This document shows, piece after piece, positions 23,447 through 32,947 of a stretch of 36,863 nucleotides of DNA (the stretch's first letter is position 1; every line of letters starts with the position of its first letter). This stretch comes from Phycisphaerales bacterium. GTDB taxonomy: Bacteria; Planctomycetota; Phycisphaerae; Phycisphaerales; UBA1924. The notes beneath the pieces were generated by a model. The model was not told the origin of the DNA, ran no database searches, and was given only the letters and a program-made list of their open reading frames with translations. The position numbers and the translations under genes were made by a program. Location: contig JAUXUZ010000472.1 of NCBI GenBank assembly GCA_030680655.1, forward strand, positions 1-36,863, in the 5' to 3' direction.

Positions 23447-24748
23447 GTGGGAAAAACGGCGTGGATCGTGACAATCGCGGTTGTGGTCATCGGGCTCGCG
23501 ACGGTGGCGGGCATCGGGCTGCTCAGCACGAGCGGGCGTGAGTGGCTCAACAGCCTTCAGCCCCGGGTAAAACCCTTGGAAGTTCGGATCGAAGCGGTCG
23601 CCCGCGGGAACCTGGTCAGGACCGTGAGCAGCCCCGGCGTGGTCGAGCCGCGGACGAAGGTGCTGGTTTCGGCGCAGGTGCTGGCCAAGGTGGTGGCGTT
23701 GCCATTCCGGGAGGGGAGCGTCGTCAAGAAGGGCGAGGTGGTCGTGCGGCTGGACGGTCGCGACCTGGCCGCGGCGCTGGAGGCGGCGCAGGCGGGGATG
23801 CGTCAGCAGGAGGCGGCGCTCAAGGGCGCGGAGGCGGAGGCGGTTCAGAGCGGCCAGAACCTGGAGCGGGTGAAGAGCCTGCCTCAGGATTACACGCGCG
23901 CGGAGGTTGAGCGTGCGGAGTCGGCGTTCGCGCAGGCGACTGCGCGGGTGATGGCTTCGCGGCAGGGGATCGAGCAGGCGAAGGCGACGATCACCCGCGC
24001 GCAGAAGGACCTGGAGAACACGACGATCACCAGCCCGATCGACGGGATCGTCATCAAGCTGAACGCGGAGGTGGGAGAGACGGTCGTGCTGGGGACGCTC
24101 AACAACGCGTCGAGTGTGATCATGGAGATCGCCGACCTCTCCGACATGATGGTGAGGGCCCGGGTGGACGAGGTGAACATCGCGCCGATCAAGGGCGGTC
24201 AGCGGGCGGTTGTGACCACGACGGCCTACCGGACGCAGCGCCTGCTGGGCACGGTCGAGCGCGTGGGGTTGAAGAAGGTGGTCGGCTCGGACATGACGAT
24301 GTACTTCGAGGTTGAGATCGCGCTGGTGAAGCCCGACGGGCTGACGCTCGGCAGCGGCCTGACGGCGAGCACCGATATCGAGGTGGAGACGTTCGCGCAG
24401 GTGCTGAGGGTGCCGAGCCAGGCGGTGCAGGACCGCAAGCTCGACGACCTTCCGAAGGATGTGCGAGAGAAGTCGCTGGTGGAGCCGGGCAAGACGGTGG
24501 CGCGCGTGGTGTTCGTGGTTGAAAACGGCAAGGTGAAGGTTGTGCCCGTCAAAACTGGCGCGAGCGACCTGACGAGCACGCTGATCGAGAAGGGCCTGAC
24601 CGAGGGGCAGATGGTGGTGGTGGGGCCGTACCGGGCCTTGACAGAGTTGAAAGCCGATCAGGAGGTTGTCGAAGAGGGGACAAAGGACGCGCGCGGCAAC
24701 CTCGTCGGGCGCAAGGCGGGCGAGTCCGGCGGCTGGGGCGCAAAGTGA
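23447..24748 (+). CDS. macA: Efflux periplasmic adaptor (HlyD/MacA family)
   Basis: GTG 23447 with GGAGG 6 nt upstream. N-terminal [23 protein letters not shown]. Coiled-coil [26 protein letters not shown]...[14 protein letters not shown]. Motif [19 protein letters not shown]. Confidence 0.85.
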   Translation: MGKTAWIVTIAVVVIGLATVAGIGLLSTSGREWLNSLQPRVKPLEVRIEAVARGNLVRTVSSPGVVEPRTKVLVSAQVLAKVVALPFREGSVVKKGEVVVRLDGRDLAAALEAAQAGMRQQEAALKGAEAEAVQSGQNLERVKSLPQDYTRAEVERAESAFAQATARVMASRQGIEQAKATITRAQKDLENTTITSPIDGIVIKLNAEVGETVVLGTLNNASSVIMEIADLSDMMVRARVDEVNIAPIKGGQRAVVTTTAYRTQRLLGTVERVGLKKVVGSDMTMYFEVEIALVKPDGLTLGSGLTASTDIEVETFAQVLRVPSQAVQDRKLDDLPKDVREKSLVEPGKTVARVVFVVENGKVKVVPVKTGASDLTSTLIEKGLTEGQMVVVGPYRALTELKADQEVVEEGTKDARGNLVGRKAGESGGWGAK

Positions 24749-25605
24749 CAGGCACGCCCACGTCTACTCCGGCCAGGGTTGTGCCCGGCAAGGGGACGAT
24801 CCGCCTGCGGGGCATCCACAAGCTCTACCAGGTGGGGAGCGAGAGCGTGCACGCGCTGCGCGGCGTGAGCCTCGACATCGCGCGCGGAGAGTTCGTGGCG
24901 ATCATGGGCGCGAGCGGCTCGGGCAAGAGCACGCTCATGAACATCCTGGGGTGCCTCGATCAGCCGAGCAAGGGGATGTACGAACTGAGCGGCCGGCGCA
25001 CCGACCGGCTCGGCGCGGCGGCGCTGGCGCAGGTCCGCAACAAAGAGATCGGGTTTGTCTTTCAGACGTTCGAGTTGCTGGCGCGATCGACGGCGCTGGA
25101 GAACGTGCAGCTGCCGCTGGCCTACTCGGCGCGGCTGTTCTGGGGGGCGAGCAAGCGGGCGAAGCTCGCGCTGGAGCGCGTCGGCCTGGGCGACCGCATG
25201 CACCACCGGCCCAGCCAGCTCTCGGGCGGTCAGCGGCAGCGCGTCGCGGTGGCGCGGGCGCTGGTGAACGAGCCGGCGATGATCCTGGCCGACGAGCCGA
25301 CGGGCAACCTCGACAGCAAGACCAGCGAGGAGATCATCAACCTCTTCAAGGACGTGCACAAGCAGGGCCAGACGATCGTGGTGGTGACCCACGAGGAGGA
25401 CATCGCCGGGCACGCCGAGCGGATCGTCCGGCTGCGCGACGGCATCGTGGTGAGCGACCACCCGACCGCGAGCGACCCGATGCACCGCGATTACCTCGAG
25501 CGGATGGCGATGCAGGCGGCGCGGGCCGCTTCGGGCGAGAGCGAGCGGGGCGGCACCGTTGCTCCTGCCGCCGGCCAACGGGCCGGCGGGGGGGTGGGCC
25601 CGTGA
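24745..25605 (+). CDS. MacB/LolD-type ABC ATP-binding protein (separate polypeptide) with ~60-aa C-terminal tail
   Basis: Walker [19 protein letters not shown], signature [15 protein letters not shown], Walker [16 protein letters not shown] overlap with the adaptor gene. Confidence 0.9.
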   Translation: MTGTPTSTPARVVPGKGTIRLRGIHKLYQVGSESVHALRGVSLDIARGEFVAIMGASGSGKSTLMNILGCLDQPSKGMYELSGRRTDRLGAAALAQVRNKEIGFVFQTFELLARSTALENVQLPLAYSARLFWGASKRAKLALERVGLGDRMHHRPSQLSGGQRQRVAVARALVNEPAMILADEPTGNLDSKTSEEIINLFKDVHKQGQTIVVVTHEEDIAGHAERIVRLRDGIVVSDHPTASDPMHRDYLERMAMQAARAASGESERGGTVAPAAGQRAGGGVGP

Positions 25606-26846
25606 TCCTTGTGCGGCTGCTCTTTCAGACCGTGGCGCTCGCCCTTGTCCAGCTCACCGGCAACAAGTTCCGCGCGCTGCTGACGACGCTGGGCATCATC
25701 ATCGGCGTCGGCGCGGTGATCCTGACGGGCACGGCGACGCAGGCGCTGAAGGGGTACGTGCTGCACCAGCTCGACACCTTCGGCCCGCGCAAGGTGTTCA
25801 TGACCGGCGACGTCCCGCGCCCGATGCGCGGGCGCATCCGATGGAGCGAGGTGGCGCTCAAGCTGACGGAGATCGAGTACCTCAAGAACAACGCGCAGAC
25901 GATCGACGCGATCACGCCGATGTACTTCGTGACCGGGCAGGTCCGCGCGGGCGAGGTTTCGCGCGACGGCGTGACGGTCACCGGCATCTGGTCCGACTGG
26001 CACGAGATCGAGAAGCGTGTGGTGACGATCGGGCGCCCGTTCATCAAGGTTGATGTTGACGAGATGCGCAACGTCTGCCTGATCAACGACAAGGCGATCG
26101 CCGAGCTTGAGCTCCGCGCCGACCCGACGGGCGACACGCTGCTGATCAACAACCGGCGGTTCCTGATCGTCGGCGTGGTCGAGACCAAGGAGATGGCGGC
26201 GATGTTCCCGGGAGGGGGCGAGACCCGCACCGAGGTCTACGTGCCCGTGAGCACGGCGGTGGCGATGCGCCCGCGCCTGTACGTGGACTTTGCGCTGGCG
26301 CAGCTCAAGGGCACCGAGCAGGCCGACGAGGCCAAGGCCGAGATCACCGCGATCCTGCGCCGGTCGCGGGGCCTCTCGGGCGACGACCCGAGCACGTTCC
26401 AGATCCACACCGTTCAGAGCGCGATCGAGCAGTTCCAGGCTGTCAGCGGGGTGATCACCGGGGTGGCGCTGGGCCTTGTCGCGGTGAGCCTCCTGGTGGG
26501 CGGCGTGGGGATCATGAACATCATGCTGGTGAGCGTGAGCGAGCGCACACGCGAGATCGGCCTCCGCAAGGCGGTAGGGGCCCGCCCGGGCGTGATCCTG
26601 CTGCAGTTCCTGGTGGAGGCGACGGTGCTGTGCCTGATCGGCGGCGTGGTGGGCGTGGTGACCGGCGGCGGCATGGTCGCGCTTGGCAAGGCGGCGCTGC
26701 CGGGCATGAGCGAGTACCTGAGCGTGCCGCCGTGGACGATCCTGGTCTCGGTGGTCTTCTCGGCGGCGGTGGGGATTATCTTCGGGATGTTCCCGGCGAT
26801 CAAAGCGGCACGGCTGGACCCGATCGTGGCCCTGCGCCACGAGTGA
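25602..26846 (+). CDS. MacB-type ABC permease (MacB periplasmic core domain plus FtsX 4-TM)
   Basis: GTG 25602 overlaps the ATPase stop (GTGA). [20 protein letters not shown] at the N-terminus and [28 protein letters not shown], the FtsX-family motif. The 726-aa track ORF (24666..) is this gene plus an out-of-frame read-through of the ATPase gene. Confidence 0.9.
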   Translation: MILVRLLFQTVALALVQLTGNKFRALLTTLGIIIGVGAVILTGTATQALKGYVLHQLDTFGPRKVFMTGDVPRPMRGRIRWSEVALKLTEIEYLKNNAQTIDAITPMYFVTGQVRAGEVSRDGVTVTGIWSDWHEIEKRVVTIGRPFIKVDVDEMRNVCLINDKAIAELELRADPTGDTLLINNRRFLIVGVVETKEMAAMFPGGGETRTEVYVPVSTAVAMRPRLYVDFALAQLKGTEQADEAKAEITAILRRSRGLSGDDPSTFQIHTVQSAIEQFQAVSGVITGVALGLVAVSLLVGGVGIMNIMLVSVSERTREIGLRKAVGARPGVILLQFLVEATVLCLIGGVVGVVTGGGMVALGKAALPGMSEYLSVPPWTILVSVVFSAAVGIIFGMFPAIKAARLDPIVALRHE

Positions 26847-26890
26847 TCGCGGCGGGTCGGCGGTCAGGCAGAACGGTGTGAGGAGCTTGA

Positions 26891-28693
26891 ATGGGCGGCG
26901 CGCAAGGCAGACTGGTTGCAACGGGGGCTGCGGCCCTGCTGATGGCCGCGGGGGGGGGTTGCGCCGACCCGATGGCGGTGTTCGGCGAGCGCGAGGGCGA
27001 CACCGCCCGGCGGCTGCCTGCGCAGCGCGTGCAGAGCGCGCCGGCGCTGGAGATCGAGAAGTTCCGCAAGGCCCCGCTCCCGGTGGAGGACCAGTCCCCC
27101 GAGGCGCTGGTGGCGCGTGCGGCGAAACAGGTCGACGACCGCTCGGCCGAGGCTGGCGCGCAGGGAATGACCAGGGTGGAGTGGTCGCTCGAGCGGGCGC
27201 GGGCGCTCGCGGTGGCGAACAACCTCGATTTGAAGGTCTCGCTGATCGATCCGGCGGTGGCCCGCCAGTCAGAAGCCCAGGAACGCGCGAAGTTTGACGC
27301 GGTGTTCAGGCCGAGCGTCGGCGCGTTCAAGACCGACCGGCCCAGCACCAACAGCACCGCCGTCACGCAGGTGAAGGGTATTAACGCGGGCGCAGCGCTG
27401 GACATCCCGCTGCGGACGGGTGGAACGCTGACCGTCGGCATGTCGGGCGAGTTCACGCAGGCGGTCAACCCCTTCGTGTCGTTCGGTGACACCTACACCA
27501 CGCGCGTGTCGTCGTCGCTCTCGTTGCCGCTGATGCGCGGCGCAGGGCGCGACGTGAACACGGCCAGCATCAAGATCGCCGGGTACCAGGCGGACATCGC
27601 CTCGGCCGGCACGCGCCTGCAGATCACGGGCATCCTCGCCGAGGTTGAGCGGGCGTACTGGCGGCTCGTCTCGGCGCGCCAGCAGCTTGAGGTGCAGAAG
27701 CAGCAGTTCGAGCTTGCGCGCACGCTCCAGGCACGGGCCCAGCGCCGGGCGGACGCCGGCGACGCGGCCGAGATCGAAGTGACCAGGGCGCAGAGCGGTG
27801 TTGCGTCACGGGTTGAAGGGGTGATCCGCGCCGAGACGGCCGTGCTGGTTCAGCAGCGGGCGCTCAAGCGGCTGGCGGGCGACCCTGCAACGCCCGTTGA
27901 TGACACCGCCCTCATCGTTCCCGTCACCGAGCCGGAGCTCTGGGCGTACGAGTTCCCGCCCGCGGAGCTGCTCCGACTGGCCGACGCGAACCGGATGGAG
28001 CTGCTCCAGAGCGAGCTGCAGGTGCTCAGCGACTCGCTGAACATCGACCTCGCAAGCGACGCGACGCGCCCGCTTATCAACCTGCTGGCCCAGTACGACG
28101 TGAGCGGGGCCAGGGATGAGTTCGCGCGGTCGGTGCACCAGGTTGTGCGTCACCGCTTCCAGAGCGGCAGTGTCGGCCTGGAGGGGCAGATCCCCCTGGG
28201 CAACGACGGCGCCGAGGCGGGCCTGCGCCGCGCGATCCTCGTGCGGATGAGAACGCTCGCCTCGCTGGAGAGCCGGCGCGAGACGGTCAAGCAGGAGGTC
28301 CTCGATGCGGTCGATCGTGTCGTGAGCGCGTGGCAGCGGATCGCCGCTGCGCAGCTGGCGTCGCTGCTGGCCACGCGGACGCTCGAGGCCGAGAGCCGTC
28401 AGTTCGACCGCGGCTCGCGCACGAGCACGGATGTGCTCGACGCGTCGACCAGCCTCGCCGATGCGCAGAGTGCTGAGGTAGTAGCGATCGGCGACTACCG
28501 CATCGCGCTGGTTGACCTCGCGGTGGCGACGGGCACGGTGCTGGGCGGAGCCGGTGTGAGTTGGGAGGAGGTGCCGCCGCCTCCGCTCTCGGGCAGCCGG
28601 TGGAGCGGCGGGCTCAAGCCCGTTGGCGAGAGCGATTCACCGGAGGTCGAGAGGAACACCTCAGGAGAGACCCGTGCGCCCGGCACTCCGTGA
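26891..28693 (+). CDS. TolC/OEP-family outer-membrane efflux channel (possible lipoprotein)
   Basis: GAGGAG 5 nt upstream of the ATG. Signal ...AAALLMAAGGGCADP. WSLERARALAVANNLDLKVSLIDPAVARQ, plus a second OEP repeat with SELQVLSDSLNIDLA and TSTDVLDASTSLADAQSAEVVAIGDYRIALVDLAVATG. Confidence 0.85.
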   Translation: MGGAQGRLVATGAAALLMAAGGGCADPMAVFGEREGDTARRLPAQRVQSAPALEIEKFRKAPLPVEDQSPEALVARAAKQVDDRSAEAGAQGMTRVEWSLERARALAVANNLDLKVSLIDPAVARQSEAQERAKFDAVFRPSVGAFKTDRPSTNSTAVTQVKGINAGAALDIPLRTGGTLTVGMSGEFTQAVNPFVSFGDTYTTRVSSSLSLPLMRGAGRDVNTASIKIAGYQADIASAGTRLQITGILAEVERAYWRLVSARQQLEVQKQQFELARTLQARAQRRADAGDAAEIEVTRAQSGVASRVEGVIRAETAVLVQQRALKRLAGDPATPVDDTALIVPVTEPELWAYEFPPAELLRLADANRMELLQSELQVLSDSLNIDLASDATRPLINLLAQYDVSGARDEFARSVHQVVRHRFQSGSVGLEGQIPLGNDGAEAGLRRAILVRMRTLASLESRRETVKQEVLDAVDRVVSAWQRIAAAQLASLLATRTLEAESRQFDRGSRTSTDVLDASTSLADAQSAEVVAIGDYRIALVDLAVATGTVLGGAGVSWEEVPPPPLSGSRWSGGLKPVGESDSPEVERNTSGETRAPGTP

Positions 28694-29135
28694 AGGTGAC
28701 AAAGCGCCCGATTTCGAGCGGACCGACCAGAGCGGGCGGGTGTGGCGGCTCGATGAGTTGGCGGGACGATGGGTTGTGCTCTTCTTTTACCCCCGCGACT
28801 TCTCCCCCGTCTGCACCCGTCAAGCCTGCGCGTTCCGCGACCTCACTCCGCGCTTGCTCGCGCTGGGGGCCACCGTTCTGGGTGTGAGCGGCGGGGACCG
28901 GGAGAGCCACCGGGCGTTCGCCGACCGGCACGCGCTGCCGTACCCCTTGTTGAGTGACGCCGACGGCTCGCTGGCACGCATGTTCGGTGTCCGGCGGCGG
29001 GTGTTGGGCCTGCTGCCGGGTCGCGGGACGATCGTGATCGGGCCATCGGGTAGGGTCGTGACGGTGTACCGCTCGGTGCTGGCGGGGGAGGAGCACGCCG
29101 TCCGGGCGGTCGCGGCGGTTGAGGCGGGCGAATAG
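28674..29135 (+). CDS. bcp: Peroxiredoxin, Bcp/AhpC-TSA family
   Basis: GDKAPDFERTDQSGRVWRLDELAGRWVVLFFYPRDFSPVCTRQACAFRD carries the peroxidatic Cys motif. GTG 28674 with AGGAGAG upstream. Overlaps the TolC-family gene by 20 nt. Confidence 0.85.
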   Translation: MRPALREGDKAPDFERTDQSGRVWRLDELAGRWVVLFFYPRDFSPVCTRQACAFRDLTPRLLALGATVLGVSGGDRESHRAFADRHALPYPLLSDADGSLARMFGVRRRVLGLLPGRGTIVIGPSGRVVTVYRSVLAGEEHAVRAVAAVEAGE

Positions 29136-29158
29136 CCGCCTCCGCCGCTGGCTTCGAA

Positions 29159-29188
29159 TGGACGGCTGGCCCCGAAATCCGGTAGACT
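29159..29188 (+). promoter_or_regulatory. Candidate promoter giving a leaderless amidohydrolase transcript
   Basis: TGGACG (29159-29164), an 18-nt spacer, then TAGACT (29183-29188). ATG 29195 lies 6 nt after the -10 and has no SD. Confidence 0.3.
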
Positions 29189-29194
29189 CGCTGG

Positions 29195-32100
29195 ATGCGA
29201 ATCAGTCAGCTTTGTGCGGCCCTGGCCGCGACAGTCGGAGCGGTGTTGGTCGTTCTCGGGCAGCCCGCCAGCGGCTTGCCCGTCGATGTGCTCGCCTCAC
29301 CGCCCAACCGCGTGGGTGGAGTCGGCGAGCGTTTCGTGGCCTTCACCGGCGCAACGGTGCGGGTGGACCCCGACACAACCGTGAGCAATGCGACGCTGGT
29401 GGTCCGCGGCGGGTTGATCGTGAGCGTCACCGAGGGCGGTGAAGCACCGGCTGGTGCAAAGGTTGTCGATGCCCGCGGCCTGTTCATCTACCCGGGGTTT
29501 GTCGATCCGTTCGTCGAGGTCGAAGCGGCGCGCCCCGATCCCGCGGGCAAGGGGGCGCACTGGAATTACCACGTCATGCCGCAGCGGCGAGCGCTCGACG
29601 GGAAGGGGATCGACGAAGGAACGGCCGACTCGCTGCGGAAGCTGGGGTTCGTCGCGGCGGGGCTTTCGCCCAAGGGTGGGGTGTTCCGCGGGAGCGGCGC
29701 GGCGGTGAGCCTTGCGAAGCCCGACGGCGACCAGGCGGAGTCACGCCCGGCGGTGTACAACGAGTTGACCTTCCAGACAGTGGGCTTCGAGGGAACCGGC
29801 GATGCGCCGGGCGGCGCCGACGGGCGGTGGGGCGGGTATCCCAGCAGCCAGATGGGCGCGATCGCGTTGATCCGCCAGACGCTGATCGACGCCGAGTACC
29901 GCCAGGCCCGCCTCGCCGGCGGGCAAGATGGTGGCACAGAGAGCTGCCTCGACGCGCTCGCGACGGCCGCGGGTGCCCAGAAGACGCCGCCGCTGCTCTT
30001 CTCTGTGGGTGACGAGCTGGAGATGCTCCGCGGCTGGGCGATCGCCGATGAGTTCAAGCGAGAGGCTGTGGTGGTCGGCAACGGCACGGAGTACAAGCGG
30101 CTGCAGGCGGTCGCGGCCCACGGCACGCCGATCGTCTTGCCGCTGAACTTCCTTGAGAAGCCGCGCGTGTCGGGGATCGGTGACGCGGCGAACGTGGAGC
30201 TGCGCGAGCTGATGTCGTGGGAGCAGGCGCCGACGAACCCCCGGCGGGTAAAGGCGGCAGGAGTGGAGTTTTCCCTCACGTCGTCAAAGGTGAAGGACCG
30301 CGCAAAGTTCCGGGAGAACCTGCGCCAGGCGGTGCGGCATGGGCTGAGCGAGCGCGATGCGATCGCGGCACTGACGGTGACACCCGCGGCGCTGCTGGGG
30401 ATTGGGGACAAGGTCGGCACGATCACGCCGGGCAAGGCGGCGAGCTTCATTGTGGCCGATGGTCCCTATCTCGACAAGAAGACCAAGCTGCTGGACGTCT
30501 ACTGCGACGGCGTGCGGCACATGATCAACGCGCCCGCGGCGAAGGTGGAGGGGGTTTACGAGCTGACGATCGAGCCTGTTCCGCCAGGTGAGGTGCGCCG
30601 CTACCTGACGATCGATGCCGACGGCGGCGTGACCGTTCGCCGGGCAACGAAGGAAGAGCCCAAGCCCGCTGTGCCAGCACCAGACGCGGCAAAGCCCGAC
30701 GCGCCGGGTGACGTGAAGCCGGAAGGACAGGCGCCCGATGCACCCAAGCCGGGTGATGCAGCGCCCCCCGCCGGTGAGGCGGACAAGCCCGCCGCGGCCG
30801 CGCCGGTCTGGAAAGAGAAGTCGACCAAGGCCAAGAGCGTGGTGGTGATGGACGACCGGATCAGCTACGTCTTCGACCACGACGCGATCGGCGGCCCGAG
30901 CGGCGTGTTCACGCAGGCGGGGCTCGTGACCGAGCGCGACGCGAGGGGTCGCGCGGTTGTGATCAAGGGCGACGGCACGCGCTCGACCGGCGAGCCGTTC
31001 ACGTGGTTAGCGCGGCGCTTGCCCGAGAGTGAGTGGATCGGCGCGTGGCGCGTCAGCGAGTTTGAGGGCAAGCCCAAGGCCGCCAAGGACAAGGACCAGC
31101 TGAAGATGGAGTTCAGCCACACCGTCGACGGGCTGAAGCTCAAGCTGACGTTCACCAAGGAGAAGGGCGAGGCGACGGTGATCGACGCAGAAGAGGTGAC
31201 GCTGGCCGACGGCGTGGTCACCTTCAAGCACCCGCTGAAGAAGCTCGGCATGGAGGGCGACTCGCGCGACACGCTGAAGATGGAGGGGGAGCCGCCGACG
31301 CTCACCGGCGAGGGCCTTCTGCCAGACGGCAGCAAGCACCCGTACAAGGCCGAACGCTGGAAGAGCGACGACGATGAAGCGCCGGTCGATGTGCCCGAGA
31401 AGCTGACGGGCCTGCCGTTTGGGCCCTTTGCGCGGGAGGCGCTCCCCCAGCAGTACAAGACCATCGCGCTCATCGGCGGAACGGTCTGGACCAGCGGACC
31501 CGCAGGGCGGATCGAAGATTGCGACATCGTTGTTCACGACGGCAAGATCACGGCCATCGGCAAGGGCATCGGGAGCGCCGTCGTCGCGGCCGAGGGTGTG
31601 CTGGTGGTTGACTGTCGCGGCAAGCACATCACCCCCGGCATCATCGACTGCCACAGCCACACGGGCATCAGCCGCGGCGTGAACGAGGGGGGGCAGGCCG
31701 TGACGGCCGAGGTGCGGATCGGCGACGTGACCAACCCCGACTCGATCAGCTGGTACAGGCAGCTCGCCGGCGGTGTGACGGCGGTGAACAACCTGCACGG
31801 ATCGGCGAACCCGATCGGCGGCCAGAACCAGGTGAACAAGAACCGCTGGGGCGTCAGCGAGCCGGTGCAGATGCACCTGGCCGGGGCGATCCCGGGCATC
31901 AAGTTTGCTCTCGGAGAGAACGTCAAGGGTGGCAACAGTTCGCAGGAAGGCTGGCGCTACCCGCAGTCGCGCATGGGTGTTGAGACGCTCCTCCGCGACC
32001 GTTTCACGGCGGCGAGGGCGTACCTGGCGGCGAAGCAGGCCGGCGGCCCGGCGTTCCGGCGCGACCTTGAGCTTGAGGCGCTGGGCGAGATCCTCGAAGG

Positions 32101-32947
32101 GAAGCGGCTGATCCACTGCCACAGCTACCGGCAGGACGAGGTGCTGATGCTCGGCCGCATGTCGGAGGAGTTCGGCTTCAAGCTCGGCACGTACCAGCAC
32201 ATCCTGGAGGGGTACAAGGTCGCCGACATCGTGCGTGACACGTCCGGCGGTGGCTCGTGCTTCTCCGACTGGTGGGCGTACAAGATCGAGGTGCAAGACG
32301 CGATCCCTCAGGGCGGGCCGATCATGTTCGAGCAGGGCGTGGTGGTGAGCTTCAACTCCGACGACGACGGGATGGCCCGGCGGCTCAACGTCGAGGCGGC
32401 GAAGGGCCACAAGTACAGCCGGCTCGCCGACGGCGGTTACACAGTGAGCGAAGAAGAGGCTCTGAAGTTCGTGACCATCAACCCGGCGAAGCAGCTGCGT
32501 ATCGACGGGCAGGTCGGCTCGATCGAGGTGGGCAAGGACGCCGACATCGCGGTCTGGAGCGGATCGCCGCTGAGCGCGATGAGCCGGTGCGAACGCACCT
32601 TTGTTGACGGCCGCCAGCTCTTCTCACTCGAAGACGATGCGCAGCTCCGCGAGCGCGACGGCAAGGAGCGGCAGCGCCTCATCCAGAATGCGCTCGCGGA
32701 GAAGAGCGGCAAGCCGGAGGCGAAGCCCGACGCGGCGGCTGGAGCGGGCGAAGCGCCGGGCGGCACCAGGCCGGCCGGCCGGCGCAGGCCACCCAACGTG
32801 CTGGAGCAGGTGCTGCACGACGCCACCCAGCGGCGCATCGACCGGGCCCTGGACATGGTGCGCCGAGGCAGCTCAGAAGACGAGGCCGCACGGGGCGGCG
32901 CGGGCGCGTGCGGGTGCGACGACCTTGATAGCAGGAGCGACCGGTGA
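29195..32947 (+). CDS. Secreted 1250-aa protein with two amidohydrolase-fold modules (first degenerate, second intact), a Pro/Ala/Lys-rich linker and a middle domain of unknown function
   Basis: Signal MRISQLCAALAATVGAVLVVLGQPASG. Module 1: ARGLFIYPGFVDPFVEV, where the HxH position reads FxE. Module 2: CRGKHITPGIIDCHSHTG, with HxH intact at 31652-31660, plus FNSDDD and GKDADIAVW. Confidence 0.85.
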   Translation: MRISQLCAALAATVGAVLVVLGQPASGLPVDVLASPPNRVGGVGERFVAFTGATVRVDPDTTVSNATLVVRGGLIVSVTEGGEAPAGAKVVDARGLFIYPGFVDPFVEVEAARPDPAGKGAHWNYHVMPQRRALDGKGIDEGTADSLRKLGFVAAGLSPKGGVFRGSGAAVSLAKPDGDQAESRPAVYNELTFQTVGFEGTGDAPGGADGRWGGYPSSQMGAIALIRQTLIDAEYRQARLAGGQDGGTESCLDALATAAGAQKTPPLLFSVGDELEMLRGWAIADEFKREAVVVGNGTEYKRLQAVAAHGTPIVLPLNFLEKPRVSGIGDAANVELRELMSWEQAPTNPRRVKAAGVEFSLTSSKVKDRAKFRENLRQAVRHGLSERDAIAALTVTPAALLGIGDKVGTITPGKAASFIVADGPYLDKKTKLLDVYCDGVRHMINAPAAKVEGVYELTIEPVPPGEVRRYLTIDADGGVTVRRATKEEPKPAVPAPDAAKPDAPGDVKPEGQAPDAPKPGDAAPPAGEADKPAAAAPVWKEKSTKAKSVVVMDDRISYVFDHDAIGGPSGVFTQAGLVTERDARGRAVVIKGDGTRSTGEPFTWLARRLPESEWIGAWRVSEFEGKPKAAKDKDQLKMEFSHTVDGLKLKLTFTKEKGEATVIDAEEVTLADGVVTFKHPLKKLGMEGDSRDTLKMEGEPPTLTGEGLLPDGSKHPYKAERWKSDDDEAPVDVPEKLTGLPFGPFAREALPQQYKTIALIGGTVWTSGPAGRIEDCDIVVHDGKITAIGKGIGSAVVAAEGVLVVDCRGKHITPGIIDCHSHTGISRGVNEGGQAVTAEVRIGDVTNPDSISWYRQLAGGVTAVNNLHGSANPIGGQNQVNKNRWGVSEPVQMHLAGAIPGIKFALGENVKGGNSSQEGWRYPQSRMGVETLLRDRFTAARAYLAAKQAGGPAFRRDLELEALGEILEGKRLIHCHSYRQDEVLMLGRMSEEFGFKLGTYQHILEGYKVADIVRDTSGGGSCFSDWWAYKIEVQDAIPQGGPIMFEQGVVVSFNSDDDGMARRLNVEAAKGHKYSRLADGGYTVSEEEALKFVTINPAKQLRIDGQVGSIEVGKDADIAVWSGSPLSAMSRCERTFVDGRQLFSLEDDAQLRERDGKERQRLIQNALAEKSGKPEAKPDAAAGAGEAPGGTRPAGRRRPPNVLEQVLHDATQRRIDRALDMVRRGSSEDEAARGGAGACGCDDLDSRSDR

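Noticed and set aside
24666-26846. 726-aa ORF suggesting a fused MacB-like protein
   Set aside because: Its first ~312 codons are an alternative frame of the adaptor 3' end and the ATPase gene, giving Arg/Ala/Gly-rich nonsense. The real permease starts at GTG 25602, overlapping the ATPase stop. The ATPase is a separate polypeptide in another frame.
30650-30830. Repetitive KPDAP/APDAPKP-like DNA in the large amidohydrolase as a tandem repeat element
   Set aside because: It is an imperfect low-complexity Pro/Ala/Lys/Asp linker inside a continuous reading frame, with no exact nucleotide repeat unit. It is best read as an inter-domain linker.
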